Below are positions 37,844-47,304 of a DNA stretch of 64,000 nucleotides, in pieces. Source of the stretch: Actinomycetales bacterium mxb001 (lineage in GTDB: Bacteria; Actinomycetota; Actinomycetes; S36-B12); assembly GCA_004379115.1 (NCBI GenBank), contig NBNH01000320.1:278-64277 (forward strand). Direction: 5' to 3'. The notes beneath the pieces are model-generated. The model saw only the letters and a program-made list of their open reading frames with translations, was not told the origin of the DNA and searched no databases. Made by a program: the position numbers and the translations under genes. Each line of letters starts with the position of its first letter. Within the stretch, counting starts at the first letter, position 1.

Positions 37844-37880
37844 TTTCGTCACAATTAGCAAAACTAGACCGAAAATGCGG
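37838..37880. promoter_or_regulatory. Perfect 11-bp inverted repeat covering the start codon of the mod regulator (candidate operator or start-codon-sequestering hairpin)
   Basis: CCGCATTTTCG (37838-37848), a 21-nt AT-rich spacer, then CGAAAATGCGG (37870-37880). Related words ATGCGG and GAAATCCG recur at 37905-37919. Confidence 0.5.
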
Positions 37881-38028
37881 TCTTCGCGACGTCATTGATC
37901 CGATCATGCGGGAAATCCGACATGACCGGAAGGCAGACCGGGCCCATGGTTGCCGCGGGAGCCCGGGGGGCCTACCCTCGGACGGCTCAGGCCTCGCTGG
38001 GGGCGACCGGCCCGGGAAGGGGTGGCAC

Positions 38029-38712
38029 GTGGCAACAGCCAAGAAGGCGGTGCCCGCGAAGAAGGCGGCCCCGGCCAAGAAGCCCACCCCGGCGAAGAAG
38101 GCTGCTCCGGCGAAGAAGGCCGTTCCGGCGAAGAAGGCTGCTCCGGCCAAGAAGGCCGTTCCGGCGAAGAAGGCGGCCCCGGCCAAGAAGGCCGCGCCCG
38201 CGAAGAAGGCGGCCCCGGCCAAGAAGGCCGCGCCCGCGAAGAAGGCGGCCCCGGCGAAGAAGGCCGCGCCCGCGACGAAGCCCGCTCCCGCGAAGAAGGC
38301 AGCCCCGGCCAAGAAGAAATTGGCCGTGCGCGAGGACGAATCTCCCTGGACCCCCGCGGAGATCGCCGAGGTCAAGAAGGAGCTCCAGAAGGACGTCCTT
38401 CGCCTGCAGGAGGAGATCAAGGTCACCGAAGCCGACATCGCCGAACTCGTGGCCGACTCAGGCGACGGTGCCGGTGATGATCAGGCGGACGCCGGCAGCA
38501 AGACGTTCGAGCGCGAGCAGGAGATGAGCCTGGCCAACAACGCGCGCGACATGCTCCAGCAGACCGAGCACGCTCTAGCGCGCATCGCCAATGGCACCTA
38601 CGGCATCTGCGAGTCCTGCGCCAAGCCCGTGGGCAAGTACCGACTCCAGGCCTTCCCGCGAGCCACCATGTGCGTCGCCTGCAAGCAGATCGAAGACCGC
38701 CGCGTACTCTGA
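38029..38712 (+). CDS. DksA/TraR-family C4 zinc-finger protein with an N-terminal Lys/Ala/Pro-rich (histone H1-like) repeat tail
   Basis: GTG at 38029 follows GGGAAGGGG. Fifteen KKAAPA-type hexapeptides are followed by a coiled coil and CESCAKPVGKYRLQAFPRATMCVACK (CxxC-N17-CxxC). An alternative upstream ATG at 37906 cannot be excluded. Confidence 0.8.
   Translation: MATAKKAVPAKKAAPAKKPTPAKKAAPAKKAVPAKKAAPAKKAVPAKKAAPAKKAAPAKKAAPAKKAAPAKKAAPAKKAAPATKPAPAKKAAPAKKKLAVREDESPWTPAEIAEVKKELQKDVLRLQEEIKVTEADIAELVADSGDGAGDDQADAGSKTFEREQEMSLANNARDMLQQTEHALARIANGTYGICESCAKPVGKYRLQAFPRATMCVACKQIEDRRVL
38041..38310 (+). repeat. In-frame tandem repeat, 15 x 18 bp (AAGAAGGCNGCNCCGGCN), encoding KKAAPA units
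   Basis: The period was read directly from the sequence. Several adjacent units form identical 36-bp super-units, for example AAGAAGGCGGCCCCGGCCAAGAAGGCCGCGCCCGCG. Confidence 0.9.
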
Positions 38713-38716
38713 CAGG

Positions 38717-39277
38717 GTGAGTGCGCCCGACGACGCTGCCCCCGAAGTAGAGGTCCCGACCGGGCGGCGCCACCGCCTCGTGTGGGTGACCGTTGCCGTG
38801 GCCCTCGTCATCATCGCGATCGATCAGGTCACCAAGGCGCTCGCCGTGGCCTACCTCAAGCCGCGGATCCTCTCGGGTGAGGGGCCCATCGACATTCTCG
38901 GGCCGGTCCTGAAGTTGACCTACACCGAGAACACCGGCGCCGCCTTCGGCATGGGCACGGGCTTCACGTGGATCTTCGCGATCATCGCCACGGTCGTGGC
39001 CATCGTCATCTTGCGCACGGCGACGAAGATCGGGAGCGTCGCGTGGGCGATCGCCCTCGGGGGGCTGCTCGGCGGTGCCGTGGGCAACCTCATCGACCGA
39101 CTGACGCGACCGCCCGGTATCGGCCAGGGGTTCGTCGTCGATTTCCTGGAACTGCCGAACTGGCCGGTCTTCAACGTCGCTGACATGTCGATCGTCGGAT
39201 CAGCGATCTTGATGGTGATCCTGACGATTCGCGGCGTCGAACTCAGTGGTGCGAGGCGCGCGTCCGGCGCGCGCTGA
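38717..39277 (+). CDS. lspA: Lipoprotein signal peptidase (signal peptidase II)
   Basis: GTG at 38717. It has four TM helices and the LspA motifs [16 protein letters not shown] and FNVADMSI. Confidence 0.88.
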   Translation: MSAPDDAAPEVEVPTGRRHRLVWVTVAVALVIIAIDQVTKALAVAYLKPRILSGEGPIDILGPVLKLTYTENTGAAFGMGTGFTWIFAIIATVVAIVILRTATKIGSVAWAIALGGLLGGAVGNLIDRLTRPPGIGQGFVVDFLELPNWPVFNVADMSIVGSAILMVILTIRGVELSGARRASGAR

Positions 39278-39285
39278 CCGAAGCG

Positions 39286-40209
39286 ATGAGCGACATCCGA
39301 CGATTCCCCGTGCCCGAAGGCGTTGTGGGCGAACGCATCGATGCGGGACTCGCGCGCGTGCTCGGGATGTCGCGCAGTGCTGTCGCCGCCCTCATCGACG
39401 AGGGCCGTGTCCGAATCGATGACACGGCGGCAGTGAAGTCCGATCGGCTGGCAGATGGTCAGTGGATCGACGTTGATCTGCCCGCCCCCGCGCCAGCACG
39501 CCCGCCCGAGCCCGTCGAGGGCATGCGCATCGTGGTCGACGATGACGACATCGTGATCGTCGACAAGCCGGTCGGCGTCGCGGCGCATCCGAGCCCGGGA
39601 TGGGACGGACCGACGGTCATCGGCGGCCTTGCTGCCGCGGGCTACCGCATCTCCACGTCCGGAGCCGCGGAGCGGCAGGGGGTCGTGCACCGCCTCGACG
39701 TGGGGACGACCGGCCTGATGGTGGTGGCGAAGAGCGAGTCCGCGTACACCGACCTCAAGTCGCAGTTCAAGGAGCGCACCGTCGACAAGGTCTATCGCGC
39801 GATCGCCCAGGGGCACCTCGATCCGCTGAGTGGCACCATCGACGCTCCGATCGATCGACATCCCGGCGCGGACTACCGCATGGCGGTTGTCGCCGGCGGG
39901 AAGCCGAGCGTGACGCACTACGACACGCTCGAGGCCTTTCCCTACGCCAGCCTGCTCGAAGTCGACCTCGAGACCGGTCGCACGCACCAGATCCGCGTGC
40001 ACCTGTCGGCCGTCCGCCACCCGCTCGTCGGCGACCTCACCTACGGCGCAGACCCGACCCTGGCCGATCGCCTCGGCCTGACCCGCCCGGCGTTGCATGC
40101 GGCGCGACTGGCCTTCGACCATCCGGCGACGGGGGAGCGCGTCGTCGTGGAGTCGGCTGATCCGCCCGACTTCGCCGAGGCGCTGCGCCGTTTGGCTGAG
40201 GGGATCTAG
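39286..40209 (+). CDS. rluD: RluA-family 23S rRNA pseudouridine synthase
   Basis: 307 aa with an S4-like N-terminus and the catalytic motif [16 protein letters not shown], plus GRTHQIRVH. Confidence 0.9.
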   Translation: MSDIRRFPVPEGVVGERIDAGLARVLGMSRSAVAALIDEGRVRIDDTAAVKSDRLADGQWIDVDLPAPAPARPPEPVEGMRIVVDDDDIVIVDKPVGVAAHPSPGWDGPTVIGGLAAAGYRISTSGAAERQGVVHRLDVGTTGLMVVAKSESAYTDLKSQFKERTVDKVYRAIAQGHLDPLSGTIDAPIDRHPGADYRMAVVAGGKPSVTHYDTLEAFPYASLLEVDLETGRTHQIRVHLSAVRHPLVGDLTYGADPTLADRLGLTRPALHAARLAFDHPATGERVVVESADPPDFAEALRRLAEGI

Positions 40210-41957
40210 GCCCCGCCCACGTCGAGTGCCGGCGTTCGCTCACGCACCTGCAGGGGTAGACGCGCGGTCAAGGTGGTGGGCTCGTCGCGACTGAGCGACC
40301 AGTCGAAGGTGCATCGCGTCAGGAGCACGGTGCCCAGGCCTGGCAACCCCTTGTCGGTCGCGATCCCGTTATCGATCACTCGCAGTCGAAGCAGGTTGTC
40401 GTCGCTCATGTCGATCCGGACGTCGACCGAGGTCGCGTGGCCGTGGCGAATCGAATTGGACACGGCCTCCGTGGCCAGGTCGGTGACCGCCTCCGAGCAC
40501 AGCGGGTCGTCAGCCAGAAGCGCCGCTGCGTCCTCGTCGATCCACCACCCGACCTCGGCGAGTCCGGCCCATGTCCCGCTGACATCGCGCAGCACGTCCT
40601 CGACAACCACCGGGGAGTCGCTGGGAGACAGCGCTGCGGCGAGCGAGCGCTGCAGATCGGCGCGTAGGGATTCGATATCGGAGGCGGATGTGCCGTCGGC
40701 CTCGAGTGCCCGTCGCAGGTTCAGGAGGCGAGCGTGGAGAAGGGATTGAACGGGGCCGTGGAGCGCTCGGGAGAGACGACCGTTCTGCTCCCAGGATTCG
40801 GTGTTGATGCGCGCGAGCGACCAGCGCAGGTCGCGGTTGACTTCCGCCAACTCGGCGGTGATGTTGCGCATGCGAGCACCGAGCATCGACATGATCGCCA
40901 CGAGCAATCCGAAGACCGGGATCGCCACAAGGGCCAGTCGGGAGAACGCGCCCTGCCCGCGGTCGCCAACATCAAGGACCCCCACCGCCGCCGAACTCAA
41001 CAGCGTGGCCACGGCGAGCACGGCTCCGATGCGAAGCCACGCGGCAGCCGCCGTTCGAGGAGGTCGCGCGGCGAGCCAGCGGCGACCGATCGCCAGGCAG
41101 GCCCACAGCACGAGGACAGCTCCGGCGAGGGCGATGAGGCCGCGCACGGGCGTGTAGACGAGAAGCGCGCCGGGAATGCCGATGGTGGCCATGACGAGGG
41201 TGAGCACGCCGGGACGGATGGCCTGAGCGGCATCCGGGGCGCGGAAGACATCGGCCCAGGGAACATCCGGGACCAGCGACGGTGTCTCGGGGCTCCATTC
41301 GGGCAGATCGCGCGCCAGCTCGTGGCTGAGGGGGCGAACGACATCGCCAGCCAGGCTCTCGAGTGCCTGCACGGTTGCCGGCGCATCGTCGACGGGCAGG
41401 CGGGAGATCTCATCGTCGAGTTGGGCCTGGATGCGCTGGACGGCGTCGGTGCGGCGTTCCTCGAGCCCGCGTGCGGACGCGTCGAGCAATTGGCCTAGGC
41501 GCTGTTGCTCGGACACGAGCATCGCGGCGTCGGCACGGTAGTCGACGATGGCTCCGAGGGCGGCCGCGCCGATGACGAACGCCATGGGAATGGTGACCGC
41601 GCTCGAAACAAGCCGCACGAGCGCGCTGGCCGTGGAGTCGTCCGTGAGCGCGAACGTGACCAGAAGAAACTGCAGGGCCGCGCCGCGAACGAGACCGGCG
41701 AGCAGCAGCGTGATGGTGACCGCGACGATGCGCACCGGGCCGTTGCACCGGCGGATCACGGCGTACCAGGCTCCGACGACGAGGGCGAAGGAGAGTGCGC
41801 CGGCCAGGGCCGCGGCAACTGCCCGCAGGGCGAGTCCGCCCGAGACGGTTGGACCGGCGCCGAGGAGGTTGAGCGCCGTGCTCCACACGACGACGAGGAC
41901 GAGTACCGGCCACGAGACCAGGGCCGGACCGGTGATGCGCTGGAGGAAGGAGGTCAT
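40206..41957 (-). CDS. Polytopic sensor histidine kinase (HisKA_3 / HATPase_c, NarL-partner type)
   Basis: 583 aa. The N-terminal ~380 aa hold many TM helices. There is a phospho-His context [13 protein letters not shown] and an ATPase region [13 protein letters not shown]...VIDNGIA...GLPGLG. Confidence 0.85.
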   Translation of the reverse strand: MTSFLQRITGPALVSWPVLVLVVVWSTALNLLGAGPTVSGGLALRAVAAALAGALSFALVVGAWYAVIRRCNGPVRIVAVTITLLLAGLVRGAALQFLLVTFALTDDSTASALVRLVSSAVTIPMAFVIGAAALGAIVDYRADAAMLVSEQQRLGQLLDASARGLEERRTDAVQRIQAQLDDEISRLPVDDAPATVQALESLAGDVVRPLSHELARDLPEWSPETPSLVPDVPWADVFRAPDAAQAIRPGVLTLVMATIGIPGALLVYTPVRGLIALAGAVLVLWACLAIGRRWLAARPPRTAAAAWLRIGAVLAVATLLSSAAVGVLDVGDRGQGAFSRLALVAIPVFGLLVAIMSMLGARMRNITAELAEVNRDLRWSLARINTESWEQNGRLSRALHGPVQSLLHARLLNLRRALEADGTSASDIESLRADLQRSLAAALSPSDSPVVVEDVLRDVSGTWAGLAEVGWWIDEDAAALLADDPLCSEAVTDLATEAVSNSIRHGHATSVDVRIDMSDDNLLRLRVIDNGIATDKGLPGLGTVLLTRCTFDWSLSRDEPTTLTARLPLQVRERTPALDVGGA

Positions 41958-41964
41958 GGCGATC

Positions 41965-42600
41965 TCACTCGCGCGGCGGAAGGCCCACGTATTCGATGAA
42001 GATGCGCATCGCCTCGGACCTGCGACTCACGCCCTCGTCGTCGCCGATGCCCAGGGAGTCGTAGATGTTGCCCAGGACCTTCTCGACGGCGCTGACCGTC
42101 GTTCCGCGCAATTCGGCGATCCGGGGGGTGGTGTAGCCCTGGGCCACCGCACGCAGCACGGCGAACTGGGTGGCCGTGAGGGCGGCGAGGGGGGAGTCGC
42201 CACGCCCCTCGCGAACGACGTGGTCGCTCAGGGCTGTTTCGACGGCGGCGATGAGTTGGTCGGGATCGGAGACAGCCTCCTTGCGCAGGAATCCGCACGT
42301 GGCGGGGAGGTCGGCCATCGTGTAGCCGGCGGCGCGCAGATCGGGAAGCTTGGTGAGCAGCAGCAGCGCCACGCCCGGGTGCTGGCGAGCCAAGACGTGA
42401 GCCAGGTCGACGCCGTTAGGCCCCGGGCCCAGCGAGAGATCGAGGATGGCCGCGTCGGGATCGACCTGCACCACCTTCTCGCGGGCCTCGCGCGCATTGG
42501 CCGCAGCATGGACGTCGAAGCCCGCCGTGCGCAGCGCCGAGGCGACCAGGCCCGACGTGAAGGGGTCGTCCTCGACCAGGAGGATGCTGCGCTGTTCCAC
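41965..42600 (-). CDS. NarL/LuxR-family response regulator
   Basis: The receiver domain is SILLVEDDPF...DAAILDLSL, and the C-terminal LuxR HTH is LTATQFAVLRAVAQGYTTPRIAELRGTTVSAVEKVL. GTG at 42600 has GGAGAG 7 nt upstream. The ORF-track start at 42618 is an alternative. Confidence 0.85.
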   Translation of the reverse strand: MEQRSILLVEDDPFTSGLVASALRTAGFDVHAAANAREAREKVVQVDPDAAILDLSLGPGPNGVDLAHVLARQHPGVALLLLTKLPDLRAAGYTMADLPATCGFLRKEAVSDPDQLIAAVETALSDHVVREGRGDSPLAALTATQFAVLRAVAQGYTTPRIAELRGTTVSAVEKVLGNIYDSLGIGDDEGVSRRSEAMRIFIEYVGLPPRE

Positions 42601-42635
42601 GCGGGAACTCTCCACCACCGCCAGCCGGGTGGCAA

Positions 42636-42664
42636 CACGCCCCGGCCGTGACCCCTGGGGCGTG
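42636..42664. promoter_or_regulatory. 8-bp perfect inverted repeat in the response-regulator/dnaE divergent spacer
   Basis: CACGCCCC (42636-42643), a 13-nt spacer, then GGGGCGTG (42657-42664). Confidence 0.3.
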
Positions 42665-42733
42665 AGTGGCGCAGGCTTCGAGACGGCGCGTCGGGCGGGC
42701 AGCGATGTCGGCGTCCCGGACTAGGGTGGCGGG

Positions 42734-45700
42734 ATGACCAGGGGAGGCGACGGCGGCGATTTCGTCCACCTCCACGTCCACACCGAATACTCCATGCTCG
42801 ACGGGGCAAGCCGACTCGACGACCTGATGGAGGAGACGGCGCGACAGGGCATGTCGGCCATCGCGATGACCGATCACGGCACGCTCTACGGTGCCTTCGA
42901 CTTCTACAAGGCCGCGAAGGCAGCGGGCGTCAAGCCGATCATCGGGCTCGAGGGCTACTACGCGCCGCAGGGCAGGTTCGAACGCCGCGCCTTCGACTTC
43001 GGTGGCGGGTTCGACGAGGGCAACTCCGACGACGGATCCGGGGGCCGCGGCACGCAGAGCTACACCCATATGACGCTCTGGGCGCAAGACACCGCGGGCA
43101 TGCACAACCTCTTCCGCCTGGCCTCGCTCGCCAGCCTCGAGGGCTACTACTTCAAGCCGCGCTTTGACCGCGAACTGCTGCAGACCTACGGCTCGGGACT
43201 CATCGGCACGACCGGTTGCCCTTCCGGTGAGGTCAACCGCTGGCTGCAGGCGGGCAACTACGACCGGGCTCTGGCGGCGGCCGCCGATATGCGCGACATT
43301 CTCGGGCCCGGCAACTACTTCTGTGAGGTCATGGACCACGGGCTGGCGATCGAACGCCGCTTCCGCGAAGACCTGCTGCGCATCGCGCGAGCCCTTGAAC
43401 TGCCGCTCGTCGCCACTAACGACCTCCACTACGTGCACGCAGCCGATGCCGACACGCACGATGTGCTGCTGTGCATTGGCACGCGCACGACGATGGACGA
43501 TCCCAAGAGATTCCGTTTCGACGCACGCGACTTCTACCTCAAGAGCGCCGCGGAGATGCGCGACGTCTGGCGCGAACTTCCCGAGGCGTGCGACAACACC
43601 CTCCTCATCGCTGAGCGCTGTGACGTCACGTTCAACGAAGGCGCCAACCTCCTCCCGCGCTTCCCGGTTCCCAAGGGTGAGACCGAGGAGTCGTGGCTCA
43701 TCGCCGAGGTCGAGCGAGGCCTCGCTCGGCGCTATCCCGGCGGGGTGTCCGACGAGGTGCGGCAGCAGGCGGTCTACGAGCTTGGCGTCGTCACCCAGAT
43801 GGGATTCCCGGGCTACTTCCTGGTGGTGGCCGACCTGGTCCAGCACGCCAAGGCCAACGGGATCCGCGTCGGCCCCGGCCGAGGATCCGCGGCAGGAGCG
43901 ATGATCGCCTACGCGCTGGGCATCACCGATCTCGATCCCATCGAGCATGGACTGCTCTTCGAGCGCTTCCTCAACCCCGAGCGCATCTCGATGCCCGATA
44001 TCGACATCGACTTCGACGAGCGTCGCCGTGCCGACATGATCCGCTACGCCACCGAAAAATACGGCGAGGAGCGCGTGGCCCAGATCGTGACCTTCGGTTC
44101 GATCAAGGCCAAGGCGGCGGTCAAGGACGCGGCCCGCGTGCTGGGCTACCCCTACGCTCTCGGCGACCGCATCACCAAGGCCATGCCGCCGTCGGTGATG
44201 GGCAAGGACATCTCGCTGGCCGGAGCCTTTGACACATCCAACTCCCGCTACGGCGAGGCAGCAGAGTTCCGCACTCTCTACGACTCCGACCCCGATGTCG
44301 CGCGGGTAGTCGACACGGCGCGGGGCCTCGAGGGACTCAAACGGCAGCCGGGCGTGCACGCAGCGGGAGTCATCCTGTGCCGCGAGCCCTTGATGGACGT
44401 CATTCCGGTGTGGCGACGTGAGCAGGACGGCGCGATCATCACGCAGTTCGACATGGGTGCCTGCGAGGCCCTCGGACTCCTCAAGATGGACTTCCTCGGA
44501 CTGCGCAACCTGTCGGTTCTCGATGACTGTCTCGACAACATCCAGCTCAACCGCGGTGAGACCGTCGTGCTCGAGGAGCTTGCCCTCGCCGACGACGCAA
44601 CGTTCGCCCTGCTATCGCGCGGCGACACGCTCGGAGTCTTTCAGCTCGACGGTGGTCCGATGCGCGCCCTGCTGCGCTCGATGCAGCCGGACTCCTTCGA
44701 AGACATCTCCGCGGTGCTGGCGCTCTACCGACCCGGCCCCATGGGTGCCAACGCACACAACGAATATGCCGATCGAAAGAACGGTCGCAAGCCCGTCGTA
44801 CCCATCCACCCCGAGCTCGCGGAGCCGCTGGCCGAGATCCTCGGCGACACCTACGGCTTGATCGTCTACCAAGAGCAGGTCATGGCGATCGCCCAGAAGC
44901 TGGCGGGCTACTCGCTCGGCAAGGCCGATCTGCTGCGCCGGGCCATGGGCAAGAAGAAGAAGGAGATCCTCGACAAGGAATACGTGCCGTTCCGCGAGGG
45001 CATGCAGGCCAACGGCTACTCCGATGGCGCCATCCAGACGCTGTGGGACATCCTCGTCCCCTTCTCCGACTACGCCTTCAACAAGGCCCACACCGCCGGC
45101 TACGGGCTGGTGTCCTTCTGGACCGCCTACCTCAAGGCGAACTTCCCCCAGGAATACATGGCCGCCCTGCTCACCTCCGTCAAGGATGACAAGGACAAGT
45201 CAGCGGTTTACCTCAACGAGTGTCGTCGCATGGGTATCAAGGTGCTTCCACCCGATGTCAACGACTCCGACTTCGACTTCACTCCCCGCGGAAGCGACAT
45301 TCGGTTCGGTCTTTCGGCGATCCGCAACGTCGGTGCCAATGTGGTCGAGTCGATCATCGCCACCAGGCGATCGCGTGGCCGATTCGCCGACTTCATGGAC
45401 TTCATTGCCGCCGTCGATGCCTCGGTCTGCAATAAGCGCGTCGTCGAGAGCCTGATCAAGGCGGGTGCCTTCGACTCCCTAGGGCACACGCGTCGCGGGC
45501 TCGTCACGATCCACGATCAGGTCATCGACGCCGCCATCGATCTCAAGCGCGCCGAGGCCATGGGCCAGTTCGACCTCTTCGGTGGGCTGGGCGATGAGGC
45601 GGGCGACACCGGCATCCGCGTGGCCCCCGACATCCCGCTCGCCGAATGGGAGAAGGACGTCCTGCTCGCCCACGAGCGAGAGATGCTCGGCCTCTACGTC

Positions 45701-46282
45701 TCCGATCACCCCCTCTTCGGGATCGAGCAGCTGCTGGCGCAGTCCACCGACTGCTCCGTCGCGCAGTTGCACGGCGGCGATCGCCCCGACGGCCAGGTGG
45801 TCACCGTGGGCGGCCTCGTCACTGCCGTCCAGCGCAAGACCACGAAGCAGGGTTCGGTCTGGGCCATCGTCACGCTGGAAGACCTCGACGGTGCCGTCGA
45901 CGTCATGGTGTTCCCGCAGACCTATCTCGCCGCGAGCACGCTGCTGGCCAACGACTCGATCCTCCTGCTGCGGGGGCGCATCGACCGCTCGGACGACGAC
46001 GGCACGCGACTGATCGCCCTCGAGATCACCCAGCCCGATGTCAGCCAGGCCCACACCGGGCCCGTGCGCGTGTCGATGCCCGCCTCGCGCTGCATTCCGC
46101 CCGTGGTCGACCGGCTCAAGGAGATCCTGGCCGTCCACCCGGGCACCACGGAGGTGCACCTGCACCTGGTGACGGCCGAGCGCACCACGGTCATGCGGCT
46201 CGACGATCGACTGCGCGTGACGCCGACCCCAGCGCTCTACGGCGACCTCAAGGCGCTGCTCGGTCCCACCTGCCTCGGCTGA
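42734..46282 (+). CDS. dnaE: DNA polymerase III alpha subunit (DnaE1 type)
   Basis: 1182 aa. The N-terminal PHP domain reads FVHLHVHTEYSMLDG. The polymerase core contains GPGRGSAAGAMIAYALGIT and the sequence PDIDIDF. An OB-fold-like C-terminus follows. Confidence 0.97.
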   Translation: MTRGGDGGDFVHLHVHTEYSMLDGASRLDDLMEETARQGMSAIAMTDHGTLYGAFDFYKAAKAAGVKPIIGLEGYYAPQGRFERRAFDFGGGFDEGNSDDGSGGRGTQSYTHMTLWAQDTAGMHNLFRLASLASLEGYYFKPRFDRELLQTYGSGLIGTTGCPSGEVNRWLQAGNYDRALAAAADMRDILGPGNYFCEVMDHGLAIERRFREDLLRIARALELPLVATNDLHYVHAADADTHDVLLCIGTRTTMDDPKRFRFDARDFYLKSAAEMRDVWRELPEACDNTLLIAERCDVTFNEGANLLPRFPVPKGETEESWLIAEVERGLARRYPGGVSDEVRQQAVYELGVVTQMGFPGYFLVVADLVQHAKANGIRVGPGRGSAAGAMIAYALGITDLDPIEHGLLFERFLNPERISMPDIDIDFDERRRADMIRYATEKYGEERVAQIVTFGSIKAKAAVKDAARVLGYPYALGDRITKAMPPSVMGKDISLAGAFDTSNSRYGEAAEFRTLYDSDPDVARVVDTARGLEGLKRQPGVHAAGVILCREPLMDVIPVWRREQDGAIITQFDMGACEALGLLKMDFLGLRNLSVLDDCLDNIQLNRGETVVLEELALADDATFALLSRGDTLGVFQLDGGPMRALLRSMQPDSFEDISAVLALYRPGPMGANAHNEYADRKNGRKPVVPIHPELAEPLAEILGDTYGLIVYQEQVMAIAQKLAGYSLGKADLLRRAMGKKKKEILDKEYVPFREGMQANGYSDGAIQTLWDILVPFSDYAFNKAHTAGYGLVSFWTAYLKANFPQEYMAALLTSVKDDKDKSAVYLNECRRMGIKVLPPDVNDSDFDFTPRGSDIRFGLSAIRNVGANVVESIIATRRSRGRFADFMDFIAAVDASVCNKRVVESLIKAGAFDSLGHTRRGLVTIHDQVIDAAIDLKRAEAMGQFDLFGGLGDEAGDTGIRVAPDIPLAEWEKDVLLAHEREMLGLYVSDHPLFGIEQLLAQSTDCSVAQLHGGDRPDGQVVTVGGLVTAVQRKTTKQGSVWAIVTLEDLDGAVDVMVFPQTYLAASTLLANDSILLLRGRIDRSDDDGTRLIALEITQPDVSQAHTGPVRVSMPASRCIPPVVDRLKEILAVHPGTTEVHLHLVTAERTTVMRLDDRLRVTPTPALYGDLKALLGPTCLG

Positions 46283-46299
46283 GCGAATACGCTCAAGAC

Positions 46300-46860
46300 G
46301 TGCGAGCTCGAGCGTGGATGGCCGTGGCCATCGCGGCCATCAGTTCGATCGCGCTCGGTGCGTTGCTCGGTCTGGTCTGGGCACGGCTCGCTCCGCGCGT
46401 CGATCTCATCGTGGCTGGCGACGGCAAGCCCTATCCCGAGGGCTACCAGCCTGAGGGCTACATGACCGACGACGGCATCGCGGCAATCCTGTGTGCCATC
46501 GCGGGACTCGTCGTCGGTGCGTGCGTTGTCTTTGCCGTCAGGCGGGCCGCGCGTGGGCAGGACCTCGACCGGGGCATGCGCTGGGCAGCGGTCCTCGTCG
46601 TGGTCCTCGGCCTGCTCGGTGCCGCCAGTCTGTGGCTGGTCGGCACACGGGCGGCCAGTGTCGACTTCGACGCTCTCCTGGCCGCGTCACAAGCGGGCGA
46701 CGCCGTGCGGGCACCGCTGCGACTGCGCATGCCGGGAGTGCTGGTGCTGTGGCCAGCGGCCAGTGCACTTGTCGTGTTCGCCGTCGCTGTCGGCGACTGG
46801 CTGGTGGCTCGTTCTAGTGAGCGGCAATCGGCGCAAGGTCAGCGGCCGTCAGGCGCATGA
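46300..46860 (+). CDS. Hypothetical membrane protein (4 predicted TM helices)
   Basis: The start is GTG 46300 or ATG 46318 (MAVAIAAISSIALGALLGLVWA...). Hydrophobic helices are present and third positions are G/C-rich. I recognised no family motif. Confidence 0.55.
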   Translation: MRARAWMAVAIAAISSIALGALLGLVWARLAPRVDLIVAGDGKPYPEGYQPEGYMTDDGIAAILCAIAGLVVGACVVFAVRRAARGQDLDRGMRWAAVLVVVLGLLGAASLWLVGTRAASVDFDALLAASQAGDAVRAPLRLRMPGVLVLWPAASALVVFAVAVGDWLVARSSERQSAQGQRPSGA

Positions 46861-47302
46861 GGTCGCGCGGATCCAACTCCACATCGAGGCCACGGCGGCC
46901 CGCGGAGACGTAGACGGTCGCGAAATCCAGGGCGCTGGCGTCGATCACCGTGGCGCTCGATGTGCGCTGACCCAGTGGGGAAATGCCACCGACGACGTAT
47001 CCGGTCAGGCGCTCCGCTACCGATGGCTCCAGCATGCGCGCCCGCTTGGCGCCGCGTGCGCTCGCGAGTGCCTTCAGGTCCAGGCTGCCGCTCACCGGCA
47101 CGATCGCGACCACGGGCGTCCCATCGACGTCGGCGAGGAGCGTCTTGAAGACGCGTGCAGGTTCCACGCCGAGCTCCTGCGCTGCCTCGAGGCCGAAGTT
47201 CGCGACAGCCGGATCATGGTCGTAGGCGTGCACCGAGTGGGGCACCTGCTCGCGCTGTAAAGCGATGAGCGCGGGCGTCCCGGACGGCGTTCGCTTGGCC
47301 AT
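46814..47302 (-). CDS. ybaK: YbaK/EbsC-type Cys-tRNA(Pro)/aminoacyl-tRNA deacylase
   Basis: ATG at 47302 (MAKRTPSGTPALIAL...). YbaK-like sequences are VFKTLLADVDG, the PVVAIVPVSG segment, LDLKALA and GYVVGGISPLG. Confidence 0.82.
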   Translation of the reverse strand: MAKRTPSGTPALIALQREQVPHSVHAYDHDPAVANFGLEAAQELGVEPARVFKTLLADVDGTPVVAIVPVSGSLDLKALASARGAKRARMLEPSVAERLTGYVVGGISPLGQRTSSATVIDASALDFATVYVSAGRRGLDVELDPRDLMRLTAADLAPIAAH

Positions 47303-47304
47303 GA

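Noticed and set aside
37906-38028. The upstream ATG at 37906 as the start of the DksA-like protein, which would add 41 residues (MREIRHDRKADRAHGCRGSPGG...).
   Set aside because: The extension is Gly/Arg-rich with weaker third-position bias and no RBS. GTG at 38029 has GGGAAGGGG at suitable spacing and begins directly with the Lys/Ala tail. The question stays open and needs N-terminal proteomics.
38041-38310. An 18-bp periodic repeat considered as a CRISPR-like or minisatellite array.
   Set aside because: There are no unique spacers, the units are contiguous and in frame, and they encode a Lys/Ala/Pro tail. It is a coding tandem repeat, not a CRISPR array.
37830-38438. A minus-strand ORF encoding AGAAFFAGAAFLAG repeats.
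   Set aside because: It is the mirror image of the plus-strand KKAAPA tandem repeat. The plus-strand frame continues into a bona fide DksA/TraR zinc finger, so the minus-strand ORF is an artefact.
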